The notes beneath the pieces are model-generated. The model did not search any database, was not told the origin of the DNA, and was given only the letters and a program-made list of their open reading frames with translations. A DNA stretch of 64,000 nt from a virus (Duplodnaviria; Heunggongvirae; Uroviricota; Caudoviricetes), in IMG/VR virus record IMGVR_UViG_2724679539_000005, positions 1 through 64,000 of that record; one strand, written 5' to 3'. Within the stretch, counting starts at the first letter, position 1; every line of letters begins with the position of its first letter. Made by a program: the position numbers and the translations under genes. This document shows, one piece after another, positions 29,368 to 39,530 of this stretch.

Positions 29368-30065
29368 AAAACATCGCCGCACAGATGGTTAACTTTGACC
29401 GTGAGCAGATGCGCCGGATCGCCAACAACATGCCGGAACAGTACGACGAAAAGCCGCAGGTACAGCAGGTAGCGCAGATCATCAACGGTGTGTTCAGCCA
29501 GTTACTGGCAACTTTCCCGGCGAGCCTGGCTAATCGTGACCAGAACGAACTGAACGAAATCCGCCGCCAGTGGGTTCTGGCTTTCCGGGAAAACGGGATC
29601 ACCACGATGGAACAGGTTAACGCAGGAATGCGCGTAGCCCGTCGGCAGAATCGACCATTCCTGCCATCACCCGGGCAGTTTGTTGCCTGGTGCCGGGAAG
29701 AAGCATCCGTTACCGCCGGGCTGCCAAACGCCAGCGAGCTGGTTGATATGGTTTACGAGTATTGCCGGAAACGTGGCCTGTATCCAGATGCAGAGTCTTA
29801 TCCGTGGAAATCAAACGCGCACTACTGGCTGGTTACCAACCTGTATCAGAACATGCGGGCCAATGCGCTGACTGATGCGGAATTACGGCGCAAGGCTGCC
29901 GATGAACTGGCCTGTATGACAGCGCGAATTAACCGTGGTGAGGCGATACCTGAACCAGTAAAACAACTTCCTGTCATGGGCGGGAGACCGCTTAATCGTG
30001 TTCAGGCTCTGGCGAAGATCGCAGAAATCAAAGCGAAGTTTGGGCTGAAAGGAGCAAGTGTATGA
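29364..30065 (+). CDS. P: Replication protein P (helicase loader)
   Basis: 233 aa, near-identical to lambda P. Confidence 0.95.
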   Translation: MKNIAAQMVNFDREQMRRIANNMPEQYDEKPQVQQVAQIINGVFSQLLATFPASLANRDQNELNEIRRQWVLAFRENGITTMEQVNAGMRVARRQNRPFLPSPGQFVAWCREEASVTAGLPNASELVDMVYEYCRKRGLYPDAESYPWKSNAHYWLVTNLYQNMRANALTDAELRRKAADELACMTARINRGEAIPEPVKQLPVMGGRPLNRVQALAKIAEIKAKFGLKGASV

Positions 30066-30349
30066 CGGGCAAAGAGGCAATTATTCATTACCTGGGGACT
30101 CATAAGAACTTCTGTGCGCAGGACGTTGCCGCGGTAACAGGCGCAACCGTAACCAGCATAAATCAGGCTGCGGCTAAAATGGCGCGGTCAGGAATCCTGG
30201 TCGTTGATGGTAAGGTCTGGCGAACGGTGTATTACCGGTTCGCTACCAGAGAAGAACGGGAAGGAAAGGTGAGCACGAATCTGATTTTTAAGGAGTGTCG
30301 TCAAAGTGCCGCGATGAAGCGGGTGTTGGCTTTATATGGAAGAGAGTAG
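30062..30349 (+). CDS. ren: Ren protein
   Basis: Near-identical to lambda Ren. Confidence 0.9.
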   Translation: MTGKEAIIHYLGTHKNFCAQDVAAVTGATVTSINQAAAKMARSGILVVDGKVWRTVYYRFATREEREGKVSTNLIFKECRQSAAMKRVLALYGRE

Positions 30350-30413
30350 GTATGAGCAATTATTGTTACTAATTTTAGTTTTACGACATTCGTGATAACT
30401 AAATAATTGATGT

Positions 30414-30668
30414 GTGGAACTGAATTATAAAGGGGATGATGTTTTGGGAAATAAAGAAAATATCGATTGTAAGCACACAAGAAGCTCATGCTATAAAAAC
30501 AAGCAGATGAAAGATGTTATTTATATTACATTGCCTAAACTCACTGAAGAAGAAGTAGAAATTTTTAAGGGACCAATGCATAAAGCATTGCTTGCAGGGA
30601 TAAATGTTACAAAAAAGGCAGTTTCTGATGCCCTGCTAAACAAAGGGATAAAAGTTGAATTTAAATAG
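30414..30668 (+). CDS. Hypothetical small protein, AT-rich
   Basis: 84-aa ORF in the AT-rich insert. Confidence 0.3.
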   Translation: MELNYKGDDVLGNKENIDCKHTRSSCYKNKQMKDVIYITLPKLTEEEVEIFKGPMHKALLAGINVTKKAVSDALLNKGIKVEFK

Positions 30669-30719
30669 AGTAATTCAGTGGCAACAATAGCACTCATTTG
30701 TGAGTGCTATTGAAATTTA

Positions 30720-32138
30720 TTAGAAAATAATGTTTGCTATATCCGAGATAGCATTTAAAGAACCTCTGTGGTCACTTCCTGTTTTAGGTAAAATATAGGA
30801 ATATCGAGGGTCTTCATTATATGTTAACTTCCAGTGTTTTCCATCGCTTGACGCACTGAAACCTAAGTCCTTTAAATTTCTTTGTGTTGCGCTATCCATG
30901 CTTCTGTAACCTGTTAAAGTCCTTTTAAGTAATTGGCGGCGACTCTCGGTTTCTTTATTGTATTCATTATTGGCAATTAGGGATGATAAGATATGGTAGC
31001 TTCTACCAAATTCATTTTTATTTTTTATGGCAGTTTTTAGCGCGTCAATAATTATATTTTTGATTTCTCCATCAAAAAAATCAGTCTCTTCACCAGCATT
31101 AAGCACAATGCTTCCTTGGGCTGAAGCTTGTGATTGAAGAGTGCGTACTCTGTGCTCTAAAGAGGAGATCTTATGCTTAAGATCTTCTATTTGGTCATCT
31201 TTCGCAACATTATCGGCTTCGTAAAGCGCCATCAGTTCGCGTGTGTATTCTCCTCTTTCTTTGAGTGAGTTAATAGAGTCTTTCGTTTTTCTGGTTTGTA
31301 TCTCACTCCATCCACTATCTGAGACAGGAGCCATTGTAGTCGTAGCTCTTACAACATCATCAAATAACTCATCTTCAAATTCTTTTGCGGTTTTCTCACC
31401 ACGGCGATAAAAACTGATATTTTGACCCCGTGGCCAATAGATACCAACAGCACCAGCATAGGCATTTTTAGCATTTGTCTCATTTTTTAGCTTAATAGAA
31501 AATAGTCTATTGCTAGGCTCAATTAATACATGTGCTAATCCGCATACCTTTCTTGCAAGGCGTTCTGGGATGATATTGTGAGCATGTTCATTAAAAAAAT
31601 ACTTGGAGCTAACGTATATTATTGGTAGTCTGTTGTCAGTTTCACCATTTATAACTTTAGCTGCTATATTTAAATGTTCATCAGTATCATCTAAGGAATG
31701 AGGTTCGACTGACACCTTGAAAATATCATCAAGACCACCAGAAAATTTATCAATCAATCTCATAACAACTAATGGTTTCTTAGGTTGCGGGGCTAGATAA
31801 GCTGCATCTTGGCTTACAACGCTAGATTCCACCTGAATCCACATGGTATCAGTTTTGAGATTTTTATTAATTGAAATATCTGTTACCCATTTGTGTGGCT
31901 CAGATATTTTCGAATACCTAAAACAGCCTAAACTAGTATCTTTGTTTTTATAAGTTATTATATCAATTCTTTCATTTTTAGACTCTATGAAGTACTCCTC
32001 GCTTTTATAATCACATACTAATTGTGCTGGAATAAAAGTTGTATGTGGTGAGTCGTTTACCCAAGAAAAACATTCATTAAAGATCTCAGCTAGAGATGTG
32101 GAGTTTGAAACATAAAAACCAGTTGAGAAATATTTCAT
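30720..32138 (-). CDS. Hypothetical protein (472 aa), AT-rich moron
   Basis: Long ORF with coiled-coil-like C-terminal half; no recognisable motif. Confidence 0.65.
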   Translation of the reverse strand: MKYFSTGFYVSNSTSLAEIFNECFSWVNDSPHTTFIPAQLVCDYKSEEYFIESKNERIDIITYKNKDTSLGCFRYSKISEPHKWVTDISINKNLKTDTMWIQVESSVVSQDAAYLAPQPKKPLVVMRLIDKFSGGLDDIFKVSVEPHSLDDTDEHLNIAAKVINGETDNRLPIIYVSSKYFFNEHAHNIIPERLARKVCGLAHVLIEPSNRLFSIKLKNETNAKNAYAGAVGIYWPRGQNISFYRRGEKTAKEFEDELFDDVVRATTTMAPVSDSGWSEIQTRKTKDSINSLKERGEYTRELMALYEADNVAKDDQIEDLKHKISSLEHRVRTLQSQASAQGSIVLNAGEETDFFDGEIKNIIIDALKTAIKNKNEFGRSYHILSSLIANNEYNKETESRRQLLKRTLTGYRSMDSATQRNLKDLGFSASSDGKHWKLTYNEDPRYSYILPKTGSDHRGSLNAISDIANIIF

Positions 32139-32242
32139 GAAATTTCCTTATTAAAAATGAGATTAATCTCATTGGCTATGATAATTGTTACCCTCCTTTG
32201 GATCTAGTGTTCATTTGACATAAGAACCTATTGATTCATCAT

Positions 32243-32386
32243 AATCAACTCGCCATAATCATGTCATCGGAGCCTAAAAAACTCCGGTGACTTCTGCGCT
32301 AAACGGGGACGTTTATGCGCACACACAATCCAAACTCTCATCTCCATTCACAGATGCAGAAATGCACCTACGATTTTTTACATTCG
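32243..32386 (+). repeat. Direct repeat copy 1 (about 140 bp, about 90 percent identical to copy at 34177-34317)
   Basis: Alignable by eye: AATCAAC..GCCATAATCATG..AACTCCGGTGACTTCTGCGCTAAACGGGGACGTTTATGCGCACA..CGATTTTTT. Confidence 0.75.
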
Positions 32387-32669
32387 GTGTTTTACTTCGA
32401 CAGCCAGAATTGGGAGTCTCTATTCGTCTGGCGGCTAAAGGTGATATGGAAATCGTTATGTTTTGGCCTGAGGTAGTTGTAACTGTTGTAGCAGCTATGG
32501 CTGTGATCATCATGGTGTCCATTTACTGGGGTTGACGACATGATTTATCCGGCGCTATATTCTGTGCGTTGCCGCAAAATCGGCACACGGGATTGGCGTC
32601 CCGGGATACTACTCAACGCATACCGCGTTAAGCGGTTTTTTTGTGCGCTAAGCACGGCTATGCCCAAAT

Positions 32670-32755
32670 TATGGTGGGCTGTGTGAGGGCTTCTTCGGAA
32701 GCGCCGGGTTTGAGTAGCCGGTTACGCCAACCTTACACAGTTCACCACCAGTCGA
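32670..32755 (+). ncRNA. C4/CI-like antisense RNA, copy B
   Basis: Same conserved scaffold as copy A; loop TTGAGTAG is complementary to CTACTCAA at codons 2-4 of the ant gene. Confidence 0.5.
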
Positions 32756-32798
32756 TTGGCGTCGTTGGTGGTGATGGTTAACCTGATGAGGTGATACT

Positions 32799-33407
32799 AT
32801 GACTACTCAATTAGCATTCCACAAAACGACGTTTACCCCGATTTGCCACAATAACAGAATTTGGCTTACTGCCACTGAAGTTGGTTTAGCACTGGAATAT
32901 GCGGACGATAAAGCAGTTCAGCGCATTTACTCTCGGCACTCAGATGAATTCACAGATATGATGACAAGGGTGGTCAAAGTGACCACCCCTCGTGGAATGC
33001 AGGAGTCTCGAGTATTTAGCCTTCGCGGAGCCCATTTGATCGCCATGTTTGCTCGTACTCCTGTGGCCAAAGAATTCCGCCGCTGGGTTCTGGATATTCT
33101 CGATCGAGAAGTTCAACAATCCCCAATCACAAAACAATTCACTGATAACGAACTTTGCACACTCGCCTGGTTATGGCGAGCAAGTGATACGATGTTAACC
33201 GCCTGCCAGAACGTTACGCCCCTTCTTCAGGTCGCAGAGCATCGCGAAGCAGGTAGATTCACTTCAATCGAACAAGAATATCCTCGGATACTCAACAGGG
33301 CGCGAGAAATCCTTGCCAGAGAAACGGCGCATGTAAAATTCCAACCGTGGCAGGATGATAAGTGGAGTCGTGTGTTACCATATTTCCGTCAGAATCTGTT
33401 GCAATAA
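32799..33407 (+). CDS. ant: Phage antirepressor (Bro-N/Ant family)
   Basis: N-terminal NRIWLTATEVGLALEY region typical of Bro-N; directly downstream of C4-like RNA as in P1 immI. Confidence 0.65.
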   Translation: MTTQLAFHKTTFTPICHNNRIWLTATEVGLALEYADDKAVQRIYSRHSDEFTDMMTRVVKVTTPRGMQESRVFSLRGAHLIAMFARTPVAKEFRRWVLDILDREVQQSPITKQFTDNELCTLAWLWRASDTMLTACQNVTPLLQVAEHREAGRFTSIEQEYPRILNRAREILARETAHVKFQPWQDDKWSRVLPYFRQNLLQ

Positions 33408-33426
33408 AGTCACTAGTTAGAAATAC

Positions 33427-33467
33427 TGCCAGCATTCTGCGATGACGGAAGTGCTGGCATTTTTTTT
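33427..33467 (+). terminator. Rho-independent terminator
   Basis: TGCCAGCA..TGCTGGCA stem followed by T8. Confidence 0.5.
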
Positions 33468-33642
33468 GGTAATGTGCGAGTCCATTTCATAAAATACGGG
33501 TACTGGAACTGGACGATATAATCTAAAAGATACCATTATCAGTAGCATTAAAATCGCTATGTGCCGATACGGATATAAATTATATTGATTGTTCACATAC
33601 CTTATTGGATATTACTGAGGGGTGTTTATATAAGGTGTAACG

Positions 33643-34152
33643 ATGATGTGGAACTTTGACAGTGCCGACTTAAGTGCAATAGCAGCAGGCATTTCTGCGT
33701 TTGGCACATTAGCCGCAGCGGGGTCGGCGCTTGCAAGTTGGTACACGTCAAAAAAAGCGCTGCAGCTACAAAATAGAGTTTACCTTTATGAGTCTTTAAA
33801 GGCTTGCGCTGAGAGAGCCAATTCATCAGCTAAAGATAAGCGCGGATCTGAATGGAGCGTTAATGATGCAGCGGATATCATCAGGTGCCTAGTACGGGCG
33901 ATGGAGATCATCAAGCAGGATAGCCAGCAGAAAGAAGGTAATCAGGCATTAATGTTGAAACAGTACTTTGTTAATCTGCTAATAATGGAACTGTACGAGG
34001 AAGTTCATAACGGTGATGCGGCTGATTCTGTTTTTAAAAGTACGGAACCTACACAAGTACTTGATAACTTATGGAGCAAATGGCAGGAGGCTATAGCTTT
34101 TTTTGATATTTGGAATTACCCAGTTGCGACTGAGGAAGACTTGGCAGACTAA
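33643..34152 (+). CDS. Hypothetical protein (169 aa), AT-rich
   Basis: ORF inside repeat-flanked cassette. Confidence 0.45.
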   Translation: MMWNFDSADLSAIAAGISAFGTLAAAGSALASWYTSKKALQLQNRVYLYESLKACAERANSSAKDKRGSEWSVNDAADIIRCLVRAMEIIKQDSQQKEGNQALMLKQYFVNLLIMELYEEVHNGDAADSVFKSTEPTQVLDNLWSKWQEAIAFFDIWNYPVATEEDLAD

Positions 34153-34176
34153 TTTTCAGCACATTTGATTTCCAAT

Positions 34177-34317
34177 AATCAACCAGCCATAATCATGCCA
34201 TTGGAGCTTGAACAACTCCGGTGACTTCTGCGCTAAACGGGGACGTTTATGCGCACATACAATCCAAACTCTCTTCTCCCTTCACAGATGCAGAGATGCA
34301 CCTGCGATTTTTTGCAT
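34177..34317 (+). repeat. Direct repeat copy 2, immediately upstream of ninB
   Basis: See copy 1. Confidence 0.75.
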
Positions 34318-34346
34318 CCAGCGTTTGACCTCTGCGGAGGTGAAGC

Positions 34347-34802
34347 GTGAACCTCCCACAAGACGGCATCAAATTGCATCGTGGTAACTTCACTGCTATC
34401 GGTCAGCAGATCCAGCCTTATCTGGAGGAAGGCAAATGCTTTCGCATGGTGCTTAAACCGTGGCGTGAGAAACGCAGTCTTTCCCAGAATGCACTCAGCC
34501 ACATGTGGTACAGCGAAATCAGTGAATACCTCATCAGCAGGGGTAAAACGTTCGCCACTCCAGCTTGGGTAAAAGATGCTCTCAAACACACATATCTCGG
34601 TTATGAAACCAAAGACCTGGTTGATGTCGTAACCGGTGAGATCACCACTATCCAGTCGTTACGCCATACCTCCGATCTTGATACCGGAGAGATGTATATC
34701 TTCCTGTGTAAGGTTGAAGCCTGGGCGGTGAATATTGGCTGCCACCTGACTATTCCGCAGAGCTGCGAGTTCCAGCTGCTCCGCGACAAGCAGGAGGCGT
34801 AA
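34347..34802 (+). CDS. ninB: NinB-like recombination protein
   Basis: [13 protein letters not shown] motif resembles NinB; first nin-region gene. Confidence 0.6.
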   Translation: MNLPQDGIKLHRGNFTAIGQQIQPYLEEGKCFRMVLKPWREKRSLSQNALSHMWYSEISEYLISRGKTFATPAWVKDALKHTYLGYETKDLVDVVTGEITTIQSLRHTSDLDTGEMYIFLCKVEAWAVNIGCHLTIPQSCEFQLLRDKQEA

Positions 34803-34925
34803 TGGCTACACCGCTTATTCGTGTCATGAACGGACACATCTACAGAGTATCAAATCGTCGTAAGCGTAAACCTGAGCTGAAGCCATCCGAAATACCAACT
34901 CTGCTCGGATATACCGCCAGCCTGG

Positions 34926-35255
34926 TTGATAAAAAATGGTTGCGACTGGCAGCAAGGAGGAATCATGGCTGATTTGAGAAAAGCAGCGCGTGGTCGGGAA
35001 TGCCAGGTAAGAATCCCTGGCGTATGTAATGGCAATTCTGAAACGTCTGTACTGGCACATATCCGGCTGGCTGGATTGTGCGGTACCGGTATCAAACCGC
35101 CAGACCTGATTGCCACCATCGCATGTTCTGCCTGTCACGACGAAATCGACCGCCGCACACATTTTGTCGATGCTGAGTATGCAAAAGAATGCGCGCTGGA
35201 AGGTATGGCGAGAACACAGGTTATCTGGCTGAAAGAGGGGGTTATTAAGGCGTGA
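34926..35255 (+). CDS. Nin-region Cys-rich protein (DUF1364-like)
   Basis: Cys-rich segment [16 protein letters not shown]; coupled to rusA. Confidence 0.45.
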   Translation: MIKNGCDWQQGGIMADLRKAARGRECQVRIPGVCNGNSETSVLAHIRLAGLCGTGIKPPDLIATIACSACHDEIDRRTHFVDAEYAKECALEGMARTQVIWLKEGVIKA

Positions 35256-35614
35256 ATACCTACAGCATCACATTACCCTGGCCTCCGAGCAATAATCGCT
35301 ATTACCGCCATAATCGCGGGCGCACGCACGTCAGCGCAGAGGGGCAGGCATACCGCGATAACGTCGCCCGAATCATTAAAAACGCAATGCTGGATATCGG
35401 CCTGGCTATGCCTGTGAAAATCCGTATTGAGTGCCACATGCCGGATCGCCGTCGCCGTGACCTGGATAATCTGCAAAAAGCCGCTTTTGACGCACTCACC
35501 AAAGCAGGTTTCTGGCTGGATGATGTTCAGGTCGTTGATTACCGTGTTGTGAAGATGCCCGTTACCAAAGGTGGGAAGCTGGAGCTGACCATCACTGAAC
35601 TGGGGAATGAATGA
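35252..35614 (+). CDS. rusA: Holliday-junction resolvase RusA
   Basis: 120 aa with RRRRDLDNL motif. Confidence 0.85.
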   Translation: MNTYSITLPWPPSNNRYYRHNRGRTHVSAEGQAYRDNVARIIKNAMLDIGLAMPVKIRIECHMPDRRRRDLDNLQKAAFDALTKAGFWLDDVQVVDYRVVKMPVTKGGKLELTITELGNE

Positions 35615-35821
35615 TGTTTGAGTCTTATATGGCAGAACGTCTTCGCCACCGCTGGATGCGCCTGCGCTTATATCGTTTCCCCGGTTCTGTTTTGACCGAT
35701 TACCGGATACTGAAGAATTATGCCAAAACCCTGACAGGAGCAGGAGTATGAAGTCAGAGATAACAATCAACTAATACTGTTTTGTTGATTTTTGCTTGTA
35801 ATTGGCGTTCTGGTCTGATTT

Positions 35822-36214
35822 TTGTGGAGTAAGTTGATGCGTGATATTCAGATGGTTCTTGAGCGTTGGGGAGCGTGGGCGGCTAATAATCATGAAGATG
35901 TGACCTGGTCGTCCATTGCCGCCGGTTTTAAGGGATTAATTACTTCAAAAGTAAAATCTCGCCCGCAATGTTGTGACGATGACGCGATGATCATTTGCGG
36001 GTGCATGGCCCGTCTGAAAAAGAACAACAGCGATTTGCATGATTTATTGGTGGACTATTATGTCGGCGGCATGACTTTTATGGCGCTTGCACGTAAGCAT
36101 GGGCGATCTGATTGTTGGGTTGGCAGGATGCTCCAGAAAGCTGAGGGCGTAGTGGAGGGTATGCTGATGGTGTTGGATCTCCGATTGGAGATGGATGCTG
36201 ATTGTTCGAAATAA
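35822..36214 (+). CDS. Q: Antitermination protein Q (non-lambda Q family)
   Basis: Position after rusA, Cys/His-rich; alternative start 35837. Confidence 0.55.
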   Translation: MWSKLMRDIQMVLERWGAWAANNHEDVTWSSIAAGFKGLITSKVKSRPQCCDDDAMIICGCMARLKKNNSDLHDLLVDYYVGGMTFMALARKHGRSDCWVGRMLQKAEGVVEGMLMVLDLRLEMDADCSK

Positions 36215-36312
36215 TTAAAGGAAAAGTTGCTGTCTGATTGTCATTAGTCTAATATTTTAAATGTTGGAATCGCAACGTAGTTATTATCATATAACAGCTT
36301 GTTTCCTGATTT

Positions 36313-36340
36313 AGCCAGCCTCCCCAAAGGCTGGTTTTTT
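36313..36340 (+). terminator. Putative tR-prime-like terminator after Q
   Basis: AGCCAGCC..GGCTGG hairpin followed by T6. Confidence 0.5.
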
Positions 36341-36368
36341 CTAATAAGTATTATTTCGAGTAGGGATT

Positions 36369-36893
36369 TTATTGTTTAACCCATAATAATTCATTGACAT
36401 TGAATCCCAACTTTTGAGCGGTTCGCACATAGTCTGCTTTTACTTTATCTGGAATAGTTGGGGTCCTTGCCAGAATCCATAGGTATTCTCTGTTCGGACC
36501 ACTGACAAGAGCATACTTATACTTATCATCCAGTTTGATTACATTATAGCCACCATAGAAGGGGCCAAAAAACGAAACCTTCAACGCTGCAGTTTTAGTA
36601 TCTCCAGTAAAGTATGCTTTACCTTCGCTCTCGCTCCATTTATTTTTCGTTGGATCGTATCCACGGTTAAGTACACGAATCCCTCCGTCGTTCCGTTTTC
36701 CATAAGTAGCGCTGACCTGTTCCAGACCACGTTCGAACCGGTTCTCGAGGCGAGCTATTTCATACCATTTTCCGAGGTAGCGGTTGGCGTCAAAATTTGT
36801 AATCGGCTGCACACCTTTAGGTGGTGTCGGGGCCTTACATGCTATAAGAGTGAAAGAGAGTGCAATGCCAGTCAACACAGGCCATAACTTCAT
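36369..36893 (-). CDS. blc: Outer-membrane lipocalin Blc-like lipoprotein
   Basis: Lipobox LIAC, motifs YLGKWYEIARLENRFERG and FFGPFYGGYNVI. Confidence 0.85.
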   Translation of the reverse strand: MKLWPVLTGIALSFTLIACKAPTPPKGVQPITNFDANRYLGKWYEIARLENRFERGLEQVSATYGKRNDGGIRVLNRGYDPTKNKWSESEGKAYFTGDTKTAALKVSFFGPFYGGYNVIKLDDKYKYALVSGPNREYLWILARTPTIPDKVKADYVRTAQKLGFNVNELLWVKQ

Positions 36894-37085
36894 AATAAAT
36901 CCTGTACTTTTGATAGTTGAGAGTAAGTATGAAAGATAGATGATTACGACCGATCACTTAAAGAACTTTCATACTATATTAGGAATAGTCCATAACAGGA
37001 AAATTGTCAGTGATGACGCCAGAAAGGCAATTTATTCCATGCACTACACAGTTTATGTGTTAATGAATTAGTCAAGGGGGAGAAT

Positions 37086-38045
37086 ATGATAAAAAAACCT
37101 GTGATTGGAATCAGCGGTTGTTTGGCCGGTTCTGCTGTTCGTTTTGATGGTGGTCACAAAAGAGCTGACTTTTTAATGGACAAATTAGTGGAATGGGTAA
37201 CATTCAGACCAGTATGTCCAGAAATGGCTATAGGGCTGCCAGTTCCGCGTCCTGCTCTACGTCTTGTGCGCTCGACGCAAGGGAATATACGGATGTGTTT
37301 CAGCCACGACCAGAATGAGGATGTGACAGAGAGAATGACAGAGTTTAGTCGTTCTTATATGGACAAATTAAAGGATGTATCGGGATTTGTGGTTTGTGCT
37401 AAATCTCCCAGCTGTGGCATGGAGCGCGTGCGTGTCTATGATGAAAATGGTAATCGAGGTCGTAAAGATGGAGTGGGACTATTTACGAGCACTTTGATGG
37501 AAAAGTTTTCCTGGCTACCGGTTGAAGAGGATGGGCGATTACATGATCCAGTGCTTCGTGAGAATTTTGTTGAAAGAGTTTTTGCTTTGCATGAGCTCAA
37601 TCACCTTTACAAGGAGAAATTATCAAGAAGAGAGTTATTAGCTTTTCATAGTCGTTATAAGCTTCAGTTGTTGGCGCATAGTCAGGCAGGCTATAAAGAT
37701 ATGGGACCATTTGTGGCTGCAATACACGAGTGGGCGGACCTTGAATCATACTTTGAGGTGTATCGTGATAAGCTGATGGCGATTCTCAGAAAACCTGCAT
37801 CACGTAAAAATCACACGAATGTGCTGATGCATATACAGGGGTATTTTAGTAACTACTTAAGTACACGCCAGCGTAAAGAGTTGAGCGAGGTTATACTTAA
37901 CTATCGTTCTGGCACATTACCTCTTCTTGCGCCGTTGACTCTGCTGAAGCATTATCTGGGTGAGTATCCTAATGATTACTTGCTTACACAGAATTACTTC
38001 GATCCCTATCCGGACGAACTGGCTCTAAGACTGATGGTAAATTAA
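37086..38045 (+). CDS. DUF523/DUF1722 (YbgA-like) protein
   Basis: 319 aa resembling YbgA-type proteins. Confidence 0.5.
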   Translation: MIKKPVIGISGCLAGSAVRFDGGHKRADFLMDKLVEWVTFRPVCPEMAIGLPVPRPALRLVRSTQGNIRMCFSHDQNEDVTERMTEFSRSYMDKLKDVSGFVVCAKSPSCGMERVRVYDENGNRGRKDGVGLFTSTLMEKFSWLPVEEDGRLHDPVLRENFVERVFALHELNHLYKEKLSRRELLAFHSRYKLQLLAHSQAGYKDMGPFVAAIHEWADLESYFEVYRDKLMAILRKPASRKNHTNVLMHIQGYFSNYLSTRQRKELSEVILNYRSGTLPLLAPLTLLKHYLGEYPNDYLLTQNYFDPYPDELALRLMVN

Positions 38046-38385
38046 TTGTATGCGATATCATCCAAAAGGATGAGTTCCTGCATGCAGGATATTTACAATC
38101 GTAAAAACTACACTATGATACCCAGAGTGTCAGTTTGTATAAAAACTCTGTTTACGCTGAAGAAACCATTGAGATGCAACTTAAAGTTGGTAAACATGCC
38201 AGTCAAAATATAATATTATGATTCCACGCAGCTATATATAATATAACAGATTGGTTTAATAATTTGTCTTTGTGAGTTAAATACATAATTTTATACTTGT
38301 GATGCAATGAGATTTTCCTTATTGTTGAACTGGCGAATATTGATTTTCCACCTATACTTACCTGGTGTAACCTCAATGATATCAG

Positions 38386-39126
38386 GTGGATAATATGCCA
38401 TACATATGTTCTATCATTTTGGTGTTGAACTCGTTTGATGCCCGAATTGGTAAAGAAGATATTTTGTTTAAAAAGGGAAGTGCTGTTCTCATTGATTACA
38501 ATTTAAAAGATTTTTTTTCATCAAATATAGATCATGTAATGATCGTAGATGTTGAAGAGAAAACAGTTAATGATTTCTTTAAAAGCAACACACTCTCACC
38601 TTTTTCTGTAAGAAGGTTTTATCCGGCATACTTGATGGTGGAATGTGAAGATTTTTCATTGTTAAAGAACTTGATTGCATGCTTGAATTGTGATGGCAGA
38701 ACTGTAGATTTTGTTAGAAATCAAATATCACTTGCATGTCTTGCTATCTTATCTTCAGAGAAAATAGTGCAAAGTTTTTTATTTGGATGTCTTAATAGTT
38801 TAGGAAGTAAAGTTAAGGCTATTATTCACACGGATATATCTGCAGCATGGAGACTTTGTGATATATCTTCAAGACTGTATCTGAGTGAAAGTCTGTTAAA
38901 AAGAAAATTAAAGCACGAAGGCTTATCATTTAGTAAGTTAATTCTTGAAGAGCGAATGGTGATGGCGGAAAGGTTATTAAGCTACAATTTATATTCTGTT
39001 GGAAAAGTTGCTGAGATATGCGGTTATGGAAACACGTCATATTTTGTAAGTGTTTTCAGAAGATATTTTGGTGTTCCTCCCCATCAATATTCATCAAGAT
39101 TTTTTTTAGAAAAAGACATGATGTAA
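38386..39126 (+). CDS. AraC-family transcriptional regulator, AT-rich
   Basis: C-terminal AraC HTH KVAEICGYGNTSYFVSVFRRYFGVPPHQY. Confidence 0.75.
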   Translation: MDNMPYICSIILVLNSFDARIGKEDILFKKGSAVLIDYNLKDFFSSNIDHVMIVDVEEKTVNDFFKSNTLSPFSVRRFYPAYLMVECEDFSLLKNLIACLNCDGRTVDFVRNQISLACLAILSSEKIVQSFLFGCLNSLGSKVKAIIHTDISAAWRLCDISSRLYLSESLLKRKLKHEGLSFSKLILEERMVMAERLLSYNLYSVGKVAEICGYGNTSYFVSVFRRYFGVPPHQYSSRFFLEKDMM

Positions 39127-39314
39127 CGTGATGCGTTTTAATGATTTTGTAATTTTCGTATTTGATAATTGTATGATGCTTTCAGCTACGCCAGAATAAT
39201 CGCTGGCGTTTTTCTTTTTGAATAGATGTTCAAGCCTTACGCTAATGTAACTTCTATACCTTTCCTCTTCGTTCCGAACCGTGTACACCATCCGTTATTT
39301 GCGGAGGTGAGGCT

Positions 39315-39530
39315 ATGAAATCCATGGATAAGTTAACAACGGGCATTGCCTACGGCACCTCCGCAGGCAGTGCTGGCTACTGGTTTTTACAGCTGCTCGA
39401 TAAAGTCACGCCCTCACAGTGGGCAGCAATAGGTGTGCTGGGTAGCTTGGTATTTGGCCTGCTGACGTACCTGACAAACCTTTATTTCAAGATTAAAGAA
39501 GATAAGCGCAAGGCTGCGAGAGGTGAATAA
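39315..39530 (+). CDS. S: Holin (phage 21 S-type)
   Basis: 71 aa with two TM segments, closely resembles S21. Confidence 0.85.
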   Translation: MKSMDKLTTGIAYGTSAGSAGYWFLQLLDKVTPSQWAAIGVLGSLVFGLLTYLTNLYFKIKEDKRKAARGE

